Of a DNA stretch of 64,000 nt, positions 13,856 through 26,429 are shown one piece after another. Under the pieces are notes generated by a model, which saw only the letters and a list, made by a program, of their open reading frames with translations, had not been told where the DNA came from and ran no database searches. Numbering within the stretch: the first letter of the stretch is position 1; each line of letters begins with the position of its first letter. Both the position numbers and the translations under genes were made by a program. The DNA lies in the NCBI RefSeq assembly GCF_018977255.1, contig NW_024704743.1:62436001-62500000 (forward strand), written 5' to 3'. The DNA is from Callorhinchus milii (Eukaryota).

Positions 13856-14774
13856 CAGCAAACAAGATTCTGCAGTTACATTTTTAGACAATAGCATGAG
13901 AAAGGACATTTTAGTCCCATCGCTCAACATTCTCTCTGACAGAATACCTCTTTTCTGAATCTGAATTCACATGATTTCCTTCAGTAAAGTTCAGGAAATC
14001 AGAATTATTGACTCCTTGAAAATTCCAAGCATTAATAATTTGGATTGCTTGATCTGTTTGAATCTGCTGAAACTGCTGTGAGAGTCTGACAATTGACCTC
14101 AAAGCCTTGACGTAGCAAGAATATAAATTAACCAGTGTTCCTATTCCTGATTGCTATTCAATGACCTGTGTCAGGAAATGTTAGATGAAAAATCATCCTG
14201 TAATCCGATGACATTTGAAGAACAGAGGAATAAATATGGAATTAATAATAATAATCGTTGCTTTGATGATGTGTGTAGGTATTGGCTAAGAATTGCACTG
14301 GCTGTGATGATCCCTTCTCCTGATCACGTTGTCAAGCAGTCTGCTGACATTCACTGTTCAGGCTTACAGGCAAAGGGGGCACTTTGATGAGATATCAGAT
14401 GTTTACTGGTGCCTGTGGAATCTAATACTAGGGTGAGTTGGAGATGAGAAAATTGGAAAGCGGGGAGTAGGGGGATAAATAATTTTGATTTAACTTTCAG
14501 TAAAGTCTCAAAAGATCCACTGCTAAGGTGGTCTCTGTGAGAATTTTAAATACAGGTATTAATAAGAATAACTTGCATTTAAATAGTGCCTTTCATGTAA
14601 AACAAGCGTCTCAAAAATATTTTACAAAATATAACCGATTAGAAATAATGAAGTACATGGACAAACACAGAAGCTAATGTGCACTAGCAACATCCCATAA
14701 TAAATTTCCTTTTCAATCAGCCAGTTATCTAACACATGCGGAATCCCATCACCATACTTAAGGAATGTCTCCCC

Positions 14775-15060
14775 AGGAATCCATAACCAGGGGACACAAA
14801 TATAAGATAGTGACTATGGGAATCAAAAAAAGAATTTAGGACGAACTACTTCACGAGGAGGGCAGTGAGATTGTGGAACTCACTGCCTGAATTGATGGTT
14901 GAATCAGATAGTGTAGATGCATTCAAGAGGAATCTATACTTTCACACAAAGGAGAGGGGAATTGAAGGGTTTCAGAGAGAGTAAAGGAATGGGTGGAGAC
15001 TTATGTGGAGTACAAACACCGCCATGGACTGATTGGGCCTGTTTCCATTCAGTACGTTCT
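14775..15060 (+). mobile_element. CR1 3' fragment
   Basis: accaggggacacaaatataag...gtggaactcactgcc...gcattcaagagg, typical of a CR1 3' end. Confidence 0.6.
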
Positions 15061-18000
15061 CTATAAATACCTATCTCTGTAAATCTTTGTAAGATATACT
15101 GTAAACTGTAGTGACTATGTATTTGTAGGTGAATGCGGCAGCCAATTCACACAACACGTGCCACAAACATCCATGAAGTGAATAACCAATTTTTTTTAAT
15201 CTGTGAAAATGTTGGCCAGGACAGTGAGAAACTTCCTTCTCTTTTTGAATTGTGCTAGGAGATCTTTAACTTCCACAATGGCACAAAAGTTTAACATCTC
15301 ATCTGAAGGACCGCACCTACCACAATGGACCACCCCCCAGAACAGCACTGGAGTATCAGCCAGCATCACTTGTCATAAACTCAATGACATCACTGCGTGG
15401 GTGTCAACCTGTTGTGTAATTTGATTCCAGTCAGCTCTTTTAATTATAATACAGTAAATTATACCAATCCTTGCATTTGATATTGCACCTTTCACACCGA
15501 GGAGGTTATCTCAAAGCACGTCACTGGATATAATGTAATCTGTAGTGACCTTATATTTTTTGTAGTGAATAGCTGAAAGGCCGGAAATAAAGGAAAATAC
15601 TACTGAGAACTGATGCGTTAGTAAAACAGGAAAGAAAACTATTTCTAAGATGTATATTGATGGAAAAATAAAGAAATCAGGGAATATGTGATAATAGTGC
15701 AGAGGAGAATGGAAAAGAAAGAGGATAAAAACACTGATGAGAAAATTGCATGAATCATTAGAGAAATAAACAAATAAAGAAACTAAATGCTTAGGTTTTT
15801 TATCCTTTCACAGAAAACAGCAGAGGCACAGAGGCCTCACTGTTAAATGACTGCTAGTCTAATTGTTTCCAAAACTAATCAGCGCACAATTGGAAAATTA
15901 CAAAAACAACACAATTAAGCATTTTATTTGCAAGTATTTTACTCTATTAGTAATGAGCTTCTCAGTTTATGAACCTCTGTGACACTTCATGATGAATGAA
16001 AGCAATCACCAGGATGACAAAACTAGCAAATTGGTTCCCCAGAGACACAAAGTTTCAACTTGCCTTCCAATACCTCCACTCATTTGCTTCAAATAAATAA
16101 TAATCCTTAAACTTATCCAGACAACGACAACATTGACAACGACTCAAAACGCTTCGCAGAATTTACTGTGAAGTGTAATGACTGTATATTTTGTAGGCAA
16201 AATCAGTTTGTAGGTATCCGTTCATTCAATGCTCACTGCTGTTTTGAGATTTCTTAGAATTGTGAGAGGGAGATATTTAGTAACTAAAAAGCGTATGACA
16301 TTTACAATTACTTGTTACAGACACCCTTTATAATAAACCTACTGCTCCACTTTTAACTTGAGATGTGATCAGAATGCTTTTATCAAGTAGTGACAGCCAA
16401 ATACACTAGGAAACCAGTTATATAAACACCATCACAAAACTGACCCCTGCACACCATAGTGCGTTTTTTAAAGCAATTATCACTGTCATCGACAACACTG
16501 TTGGTTATTCCAAACTTTTCAAGGAGAAGGTCTGGTTAATTAAGCATTTTGTTTAAAAAAAGGAAAATATTCATTTCAATGACTTTTTTTAGATTGTGCT
16601 TGTGTTGGGAGGAAAGCAGGGGAGCGAGGTGGACGAGATAACAAGAACTATAAACAAATAAAGATATGTTCAGTGTTTGTTAAATCAGAATAGGTTGCAG
16701 TTAAGCGCTCCGAGACGCTTTACTACATGAAGCTGCTATATAAATGCAAGTTACTGTTGTACAAATGGCTGACATATTCACCTAAAAAAATAGTCACTAC
16801 ACCTTTGGGATGTCCTCCCGACCTGAAAGGCGCAATACCAAACACAAGGATTATTATAAATCATCAATAAAGCAACAAAACTACATTTTTAAAAAACAAA
16901 ATTTACAATATTAGCTCCCCATCTAAAACATGCGAGTTCCATGCCAAAAACATAAACGAAAATTCTTCATTCCACAGAAAATTTCAAGATAGCCCACAAC
17001 ACAGAAATGGTTGAGAAAAGAACCCAGAAAACATTGTTCTGTATGTTTGTGTGTGTTACATATATTAAAAGCTGCCATAGGACTGAAGGTCACAAGTGTG
17101 CACGATGTTAGTTCATGTCTGGCCAAACTAGCTAGTTTAATAACTGGTTATTTATTTGCTCTCAAAAAGAAGACAATCAATCCTTTTTTTCCACAAAAAA
17201 AGCAGTCCTCAAAAGGAGGAAACAATTATTTTGAAATGCATAACTAGAAAAGTGGAGCCAAGACCCGAATATTGAAAGCAAAGGCATGGAGATAACGCTA
17301 ATGAAAATGGTGGTTAGTAGCAAGGAGCTGCTGGAGGATATTAGCTGTGATATTAATTGTATTGAACGCAACCATGAATTAAATAATACATAATAGTTCA
17401 GTGTTCAGATGAGAAATCCTAAACATTTGTCAGGTTGCTGTCCCCAGGCAAAATTCGGAGCAGGAAATATTTTCATACCATTTATACAATGCCTTTCATG
17501 AAGGGAAATAAATTTTGAAAGTCTTAAAAGTATTTTACAAATTCTGAGTGGGAACCTGGGTTGGTCGGAGGTTAGGACGTAGGTGACCGAAGGCACAGTC
17601 AAATAAATTTTTAGACAGATTTTGAAAGCCTGGAGGGTGGCCCAATTTGACCCATGTTGTTGCTCTTCAAGTATCCAGTTACTGTAATTACCATTTTTCC
17701 ATCAAGGACACATCATTTGAGTGACTGCTGATAACTGAGAGCATGGTTTGCGGATTCCCACACGTATTCCTGGCACTCAATTTCAGCCCAATTCAATCCA
17801 AGAAAGAAGATGGTTAAAATGCTATGCAAGATCAGCTAAGTCTTATTTTATTGACATTAATTTGACTGAGGGAATCAGATTATGTTTTTGACCTAAAAAT
17901 ATCACACTGAATAACCTTCAGCTAGTTAGCATTATCAGCCAAAGCTAACTGAGCAGCTAATAAACCAAAGGCAAAGAAGCAACAGGCAGTTCTCCAAACA

Positions 18001-19350
18001 ATCAAACACTACACCCACAGTATAATGTAGAACTGAGTCTGACCAGAAAATTAATATTTAATCATTACAAAATTAATCTCCACAGCTTTAATTCACATAG
18101 CTTCAATAGGCAGAGGTCTGAATCAACTCTTCCTTGGTTTGATATTTAAGCAGCAGAATGTAGGGACAAATTGAACTGAAACTGTAGTGACCCACATCAG
18201 CCACTTTAGGATTACTTGTGGACAAGGTTTTAAACAATTCTCACTGTTACAGGTTTGAATTTAGGTGACAAAATCATCCTCTATGTAGTGTGCTTTTCAT
18301 TTTTATTGTTCTCCCATTATTTACTGATTGGCAGGTGATGACCCATTTCTCCATAGGAAAGTGCCTAATGTTTTTTACAAAAAAGAGGTTTTTCATATGT
18401 TAAAGGTACATAGAACGTGTGTCGGTGACAGAAACCTGGAAGAATGGAAGGCAGATGGAGTCCAGTTGCATTAGGTTTGCTTGCATGCAATTACAGTTGC
18501 CATAATTGTGTGAAAGAACAGTAAATTGCCAAACTCAAAACAACTTACATACAAGCGGACTTAACTTATAGTACTTCATGGTCATGTAATAGAGAATTTA
18601 TTTTTGGGGGCATAAAGCTTGGCTCAGACAGTAGTGCTCTCACCCTATTGGCACTTGAGTTCATAGACCAGGATGACACTCCAGGACAGTACTAGAGGAG
18701 TCCTACATTGTCAGAGGTACTGCTTTTCAGATGAGATATTAAACCAAGGTTCAAGTGGGTGCTAAAGATCCAATGATGTGAGGAAATGTTCAAGTTAGTG
18801 GCTGGAAGGCAACATTTTAAGATAGTTAACAAAGCAGCAAAGAGGGGAGGTTAGCAAGTTTATTTTTTTAAACACACATAATTGTTAGGACATGGAATGC
18901 CTGGTGTGATGGCTTAAGTACAAAATACATAGTCACTACACTTTACGGTATAATCTGTGAAGCACTTTGAGCAGTCTCATTATTATTATTATTTCTATTA
19001 AACCTATCACATTGCTGTCGTCCTTCGGATGATACTTTAAAATGTAAGTCCCATTTGCCAGTTCAGATGGATATTAAGGAACCCATGGTGCTAGTGAAAA
19101 AGAGAAGGGAGTTTCTGCCAGCATCCTGGCCACCAATCCTCCAGAGAGAGAGAAAAAAAATAATTCACGTTATGGCTGTTCGTGGTATATTGTTTGTGCA
19201 TATTGCTGTGTATTTGTGTGTTTAAAAAATAAACGTGCTAATCTCTCCAAATTGTGTTTGCCCATAAATATACAGTCACAACACGTTATGGAAAATTTCT
19301 AATGCACTGGACATATTTCAATGTGTTAAGGTCCAGATCAAACAAAATTA

Positions 19351-19780
19351 CAGCCAAACCTGTTTTTCAGCAACCATTGGTGGGACTGGACCAAAGTAGC
19401 CTTTATGTAAGGGTGGCTTCTGAGTAAGGGTTCATTGGTTCATTGACCTGAATTTTTTTTTTAAAAATCACAGGCCCATGTACAGACTCCCACTAGATTC
19501 CTAGCTCATTTATAATACCACCTCATCAGTGAGGTATCACAGGGTTACTCAGCGCAGTAAATGCATTTGGAGTCTACACGCGAGCCCATGGAAATTGGCA
19601 ATACATTACCTGTAAGTAGACTTAAATTCACTTCTAACTGGCCGCTGAGAAGGGTGTCTGTACACCGACAGGGCTAAAAAAAAGTGGCCACTAGGTGGTT
19701 AGATAGATTGTTGCTGAAGTATAGAAAATCAGTCCAAGGTGGTTAACCTCAGCAGGTGAATGCTTTAACAGGTTTGGCTA
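19351..19780. mobile_element. Tc1/mariner (Tigger/pogo-like) MITE remnant
   Basis: TA|CAGCCAAACCTGTT ... AACAGGTTTGGCTA: 14-bp terminal inverted repeat with 1 mismatch; right TA imperfect. Confidence 0.55.
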
Positions 19781-20874
19781 TTATATCCCATTTTTAGATC
19801 TTACACTATTACGACTTGTTGAAATAAAACAAAATTTATGCTGAATAAAGAAAGCACAGCAACATTCTCTTCAGTATCACATTTCTAGGATTTAAATTGT
19901 CAGATTGAAAACACTGAGTGCATTGATCTCTCTCAGATTGAGGCACGAAGCTTCAGGAACCAGCTCAGTCAACTGAAGGTCAAGAATATTCCCTTCAAAT
20001 ATGAAGGCAACACAAGGAAACAATCTCCCTTCTTACACAACATACCAGAACACCAATACTGTAGTATACATTACAACTGAATATTTGTTTGCTAGTCTCT
20101 CACAGCCAAAGCTAACTTATATACAGTACTGCAATAATTACTTGGCAGAACACATACAAGTTTCTGACTGTGAAACTTAAACCAAAGCTGGAAAAAAAAA
20201 TCAAACTGTTCAATTGATGCAAGAATTTGCTTTCTTGGTTCCTACTCCTCTCTTCAAAGTTGTCAGAGAATCTCCCTGTAGAACTCCATCCTGGCAAAGT
20301 ACAGCACTCATAATTCAAGACAGCTCTGCAGAATGCCATCAATAGAACTGCCAACAGCACTTCAGTAACACTAATTTACGGTCAGTAGTCCTCTTATTGA
20401 TAGACAACTCTGCCAAATTTTCAATTCACCAAGAAGTTTTTCACTGACATTTCATTTTCTGTATGGCACCAAAGTCCTGACACGCGATTTTACTGCTTAC
20501 AAATTGCAATAGGAATCCAGACAACGTTTGCCCTGCAGACGATTGACTATACAAAGCACACTTCTTAGAGTAGGCACAAGTGATTCAATGTATATCTCAC
20601 TTCAAAAAGGTGCAGAAAAGTTAAAAAAAAATCTGGAATGAATTGAAAAAAAAGCATTAAAATACAGAGCACCATAAAAATGTGAAAATCAGATCTGAAA
20701 GAACTATATCTAACTAAAAGAGGGAGGAGAAGCATCAGGAAGGGTGGGGTTGTGAATGAGCAGTTCACTCCCAGGGATAGAACAGACAGGCCGTGAAGTG
20801 AAACCAAAAGATAGTGCTCCTCTCTGCGGGTACCATGATGAGCCCAGAGGAAGATGCCTGGGCTAGAGCAGAGG

Positions 20875-21431
20875 AACAACAACAACAACAACAAGATTCC
20901 ATTTATAGAGCGCCTTTCACGTCAGGAGGACGTCCCAAGGCGCTGCACAGTAGGGTCATGACCCGAGCAGGGGGAAATGGTCAGGGTGAGGGGAGGGAAG
21001 GGAGGGAGAGAGGAGGGGGGAAATGGTCAGGGTGAGGGGAGGGAAGGGAGGGAGCGAGGAGGAGGAAGAGAGTCGAGAGGGGAGCTGAAGGCACGGTCAA
21101 AGAGAAAGGTTTTGAGACCGGCCTTGAAGGAGGAAAGGGAGGAAGCGGCGAAGGCACTGGGGGATGGAGTTCCAGAGCCTCGGGGCTGAGAGGCTGAAGG
21201 CCCGGCCACCGATGGTAGGGCGGTTGGGGCGGGGGATGTGGAGCAGACCGGAGCCAGAGGAACGGAGGTTACGGGCAGGTAGGTAGGGGATAGTAGGTTG
21301 GAGAGGTAGGAGGGAGCGAGGCCGTGAATGGCCTTGTAGGTGAGGATGAGGATCTTGAAATCAATCCTCTGGGGGATGGGGAGCCAGTGGAGGCGAGCGA
21401 GGGTAGGAGTGATGTGGTCGCGAAGCCTGGT
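20875..21431 (-). mobile_element. Young L2 3' fragment downstream of the ATPSCKMT stop codon
   Basis: (AAC)n tail; aggaa TSD (20872-20876 and 21432-21436); closely similar to 57150-57657; internal tandem duplication of about 46 bp. Confidence 0.9.
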
Positions 21432-21799
21432 AGGAAGCCAATGGAACAGACCTGGAAGGAGAGAAGGTGGGGAGGGGGGTAGGAGAGAAGTGTCGAGAAG
21501 GAGTAATGAGGGATGTAATCACCTCTGAACTCCCAAATTCATGAAAAGCAATAATTTACTTGGATGAGACTTGTAGAGGTAAGAAAGTCAAAATACTGTA
21601 GTTTCCTCACATTTACATAAGTGTTGTTTCTCATCCACATCCGCTTTGTACAAGATAGACACGTAACAATAATCAATTATTCTGATGCCATTGCTTGAAA
21701 ACATTGCAGCTGCAGACTGGTTTCTGTTGACTGGTCAAAGTGTTCCAGTGCTTGAATTCTGAAGGGCAGCTCTATAGCTACACCATAGGGATATGAAAA

Positions 21800-22003
21800 T
21801 CACACCGGCCCTGTCCTTTCCGTTGTTTTATTTAGACTTTCGTTCCCTGTTATTTTAAATGATTTTGAATCGTATGACCAGGCAGTGTCGATACCCTTTC
21901 CAGACTCATGGCTGGCAGTCCAGCTGGGGAATGGGAAGCGGCAAGCGATGACTCTGGCACTTCCCTTCAGCTCTTGCTGAAGTTTCTCTTCTAACTGTGG
22001 CAT
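21800..22003 (-). CDS. ATPSCKMT: ATPSCKMT coding exon 4 (last; 204 nt including TGA)
   Basis: ttgcag acceptor; MPQLEEKLQQELKGSARVIACRFPFPSW...GKGIDTAWSYD...*, the typical FAM173 C-terminal motifs. Confidence 0.95.
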   Translation of the reverse strand: MPQLEEKLQQELKGSARVIACRFPFPSWTASHESGKGIDTAWSYDSKSFKITGNESLNKTTERTGPV

Positions 22004-23998
22004 CTGCAATAGCAATAGAAAGAAACATAGATCCAAAATTTGAGCAAAAGTACTGCCAACACAAATGCTACATTGCTATTTTACAGCCATAAATTGTCAC
22101 ATTTAACACCCACACAATGGGTTTCTGAATTTATTTTCCATTACAAAGTATTCTCTCAGTACTACAGTAATTGATGCCAATATCAGGTTATTGACTTCTC
22201 TGCTCACTTCATGTCCTCTAGTTATATTTACTTTTTTTGCAAAACTGTTCACTATCCCAACCAGGAATTATCTATCAGTACTGTTCTTACATTTTTATGC
22301 ACATCAGATTCTGACATCATTTTAGAATCTGGTTTATTCATGCCATCTGCAGTTTTGGATGAGACATGAAAGTGAGATCCTGTTCGCCTGTTCAGATGGA
22401 TGTTAAAGATCCCACACTTGAAAAGATAAGGGATTTATTTTGGATGCCCTGGCAGCATTTCCCCAGATTGATTCGTTATTCACATTATAGTTGGTGGTGG
22501 GGTTGTGCTATGAACAAAATGGCTGTATTTTGTCTTCAAACACTCACTACATTTGACAGTAATTACATGTGAAGCACAATGATTTTGATATGATGAGGTA
22601 TTATAAAAAAGCATTTGTTTCTCAATTATAAACAATCCACTCCATCACTTCGATTTATATCCTACAGTCTTCCATCACGCAGTTAAAGGTACATTCTATG
22701 ATAGAGCCTTATTCTGACATCCTTGTAAATGTAGTCCACAGTACATGCTAGTTAATTTCTGCACCCAGACATAGACACAAATTTTTTTTGGGGGGGGTGG
22801 GTGGGGGAGGGTGGGAGGGGAGAAAAGAAAGGTGAAAAGGAATCAAAGTGGGGAAAAAAATATTAGGGGACAAGTTTCAAACTGCCTTCAATTTTTATAT
22901 CAACTGACAACCATGAAGTAATTGATCAACTTAGCATTATATTTCAGAACGACCATTTATGCAAAATTCAGGTTCTCAATACAACTTTAACAAACCTATA
23001 ACATTGTTATACCCGACGACAATGATTTAAACGGCAAAAATAAACTCCAAAATTGCTGCAAGATGAAACCACTTCTTCCTAATTATTTTTTTCTTCTCCT
23101 GCCCTTCTTATTCTCTCAGCACCTTAACAAAGTTTAAAAGAGCAGATAACCTGCTTGCAGCTATATAGCAATGGAGGATGGGGATGTGAAACTGGATTCT
23201 GGAAATACCAGCAGACAGCTCACTGCAGGAAATGTCAGCAGGCAGAGTGAGAGTGCTGAGAATTGGCACATTTGTCCCAATAAGGAACAAGCTTTGAAAG
23301 GTCTGGCAAAACAGGCTGCAATGTATTGTCTAATGTACACCAACAAGTGCCTTAATTCCAGTCTGACAATATCCCACTGCACTGTCAAGTTTTCCCAATC
23401 ACACATTACCCATTAGCGTGGCCTCTCAGACATGAACTATTTTAAAGCGGTTTAGCGTTGTGGGCTATGGATTCATGCCTACAAGTAAAAAGTCGCTCCA
23501 CTTCACAGAAAAATCCTGTGATGCATTTTGAGACGTGAAAAAGCTCTACATCAAATGCAAGTATTAATATTCCTGCTAATAACTTCTCATAGAAAATGGA
23601 TTGAGACCAACTCTTTTAAGCCTCTTAGACAGCCGAGAGTGATTTTTTTCATAATCCCTCTTAGTGGGCTCAGTGTTTTTCTTTTTTTCTACTATACCTC
23701 CCCTCCTGGTCCCAGCCTCTTCACAAGCAATCACTGGCATCCCTCTAGCCTCCTCCTGCTGTGGTGCAGCTCCACTAGCACTGGTTGTCGTTTGGGAGCC
23801 CATCTGAGTGGCCGTTGTTCATGTGTGAGCCTTGGCAGTGAGTGTCAACTGTAGAGGCCATCAGAGCCGAGCCTAACGTTTCTTCACCTGTATGATTTCC
23901 TCTCCCTAAACCACGCAGCCTTGTCTGAGACCATCAAACTCAGCACTGACTGCAATTTAAACCAGCTCCTGGTCTGTAAACGACAGCTCCGTCCACTA

Positions 23999-24240
23999 TA
24001 ATAATAATCCTTGCATTTGATATAGCGCCTTATCAGGTCTTTAAGACGACTCAAAGCGTTTCATAGAATATACTGTAAAGTGAATTGACTGTATTGACTT
24101 TGTGGGAGAAACACAGCAGCCAATTGTGTAGGGCAGTGTCCCACAAACAGTTGTGGATTGAGTGATCAAATTATTTTTTTTTGAAGGGATTATTATCTTG
24201 CGAGGTGAGTGCTCTAACCACTGAGCCACAGGACTCCACA
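23999..24240 (-). mobile_element. Internally deleted SINE in ATPSCKMT intron 3
   Basis: The head is joined directly to the 3' half. Confidence 0.75.
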
Positions 24241-24489
24241 ACCACAACGGTTATGAAGATATTCAAATTTTCAGAGCAAATTTAATTGAATACCTTTGTA
24301 CAGACGGTACTAGAATTTAATTTTTCTTAAACAAATAATTTCTACCTCAACTGGAAACAACACTCTTAACATACACATCTGGGGTTCAGTTACTTTAACT
24401 GAAGTAGCGTGTGTACTGGAAGTTAAAATAATAATCGTTGCATTTTTTTGCGAGATCTCTTGCAACTAGTATTCTCTAATAGTACTCAC

Positions 24490-24540
24490 CATCTGAGGAA
24501 CTCCAAATATGACAACATTGTTAAATTCTGAGAAATTCAC
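24490..24540 (-). CDS. ATPSCKMT: ATPSCKMT coding exon 3 (51 nt)
   Basis: VNFSEFNNVVIFGVPQM; ttttag acceptor, gtgagt donor; 111-nt intron separates it from exon 2. Confidence 0.95.
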
Positions 24541-24651
24541 CTAAAATTATTTGTTCCAGAGAAAAAAAAACATAGAATGTAAAGCTAGCAAATACAAGTA
24601 ACATTTTAAGAATATGTCACAACATACTGCACAGAGTCCAAATGTCCATAC

Positions 24652-24789
24652 CTTCCATAAGTCACAGATGTAAAATGTAGTGCTGTGGTGTACTCCGACC
24701 CGCCAGGCTCTGTACCTGGAGTACCAGGCCAACCAGGGATTCAGTTCATATCCCACAGCTCGAAATCCTCGCTTTGCTGCTTCAATTAC
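24652..24789 (-). CDS. ATPSCKMT: ATPSCKMT coding exon 2 (138 nt)
   Basis: [46 protein letters not shown]; tgtag acceptor, gtatgg donor; phase 0/0. Confidence 0.95.
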
Positions 24790-25844
24790 CTACAGATTTA
24801 TAATGATAAATAGAAAGATTCAATAATACAGAAACCCAAGAACCCAGGGCATGTTTCTAGTAGCAACTCCGTAATGTACAAGGTCGGAAAGCAATTGTGG
24901 TCCATCTGGGTAGTCCTAAAGTAAAATAAACAATTCTACGCTACAACTCTTTTTATAACCCTCAATCTTTGCCAAATCGCTATCTAATACTCGCTCGCCA
25001 CATTTGACTTTGTCCTGGAGGAGACTTAAATAAACAAAATAAACATTTAATCATTAGCTTATCTGGTGAAGAACTGACATATACATGGCCAAACATATAT
25101 AATTTTTAATTCATATAACTGTCATAACCCACTCAGCATGCTACTGTACCAGATCCTGACATTTGTCCAAATAGTTAATCATTTTGAGAACGCCTAGGAT
25201 GCTAGAATCACAAGATCAGTTGATTAACAATGTCTTCACGCAGAGTGGAAACACATCAAGTGAGGTGTCTCACAGTGTTCTTCAAACTGTGCAAGACAGA
25301 GAAAATCTGCTGATATTGGTTGCAAATCAAATGCTCGGACTCCATTTCATAGAACATCGCTTTTCATTTAAGTAATAAACCCATTGAAACTAACGCACAC
25401 ACACAGTAATTATGTTATGTATACACACACATATACACATCTATATTACGTGTAATTTTGCAGTGTATATTTATACATTATAAATAAGACACATGCACAT
25501 ATGCAGGGTTTTTTTCGTTGATCATCACTTGACAAACTTGCTATAATTACATCTCAGTGTGGATGCCATCATTCATCAGAATCACAGAATACAATCAACA
25601 GACCCCAAGCTGTATAAAACCAATCAATCCTAACTAATCAATTTCTAACTACATATTTATTTCTTAAAAAATGCCAAGGGATTAATTTCACGGTCGTAAT
25701 CATCTCTCGTCTCTTAGTCACTATAGTCATCTGAAACCAGAGATGGATTAGTGACTTACAACTACTCGCTGCTCGGTTTTACATTCATAACAAAACCCAA
25801 CTAAAACTTCATTGTCATTTTTAATTTAATATAATTTTATTATC

Positions 25845-26370
25845 GGACAGAGGCAGGAGGCTATTCAGACCATCTAGCCTGTTCCACCATTTTATTAAAA
25901 CTGGTCAAATCTTTTAATCCCTGCCCTTTTCCCATATTGTTCAATAACTTTACTACCAAAGTATGTGTATTTTTCTTAAATATTCCTATTGATTCAACCA
26001 CGACAACCTTTTGAGGAAGAGCATTCCACATTTTCATAACCCCGAGTGTGAAAAATGCTTCCTGACTTTTAAAAAAAGTGAATTATTCTTTTCCCTTGAT
26101 AGAAGGATCCTTTACAATGGACCATAAATCAGAACTAACAGTTTTAGTTCTGATTTATGGTCCATTGTAAAAGATCCTTCTATCAAGGGGAAAGAATCAT
26201 TCACCTATTTTTTAAAAAAATACTTCCTCCATAATTACCTGTTAAACTCCTCTGCTCTAAGGAATACAATCCCAGTCAACCAGCCTCTCTTTATAGTTAA
26301 ACTCCTTTAGCCCAGGTATTAATTTAGTGACTAATTACTGAACATCCTTAGGGCTTGCATATCTGATCGG
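25845..26370 (-). mobile_element. Decayed CR1 3' end containing a fold-back
   Basis: Resembles the CR1 3' region at 32390-32900. Confidence 0.65.
26078..26204. repeat. Near-perfect palindrome (61-bp arms, 5-nt loop)
   Basis: Arms 26078-26138 and 26144-26204, 3 mismatches. Confidence 0.95.
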
Positions 26371-26429
26371 TTGCCCAAAACTAAATACCTCACCGCTCAA
26401 TGTAACTGGAGAAGCACCTCCTTACTTTT

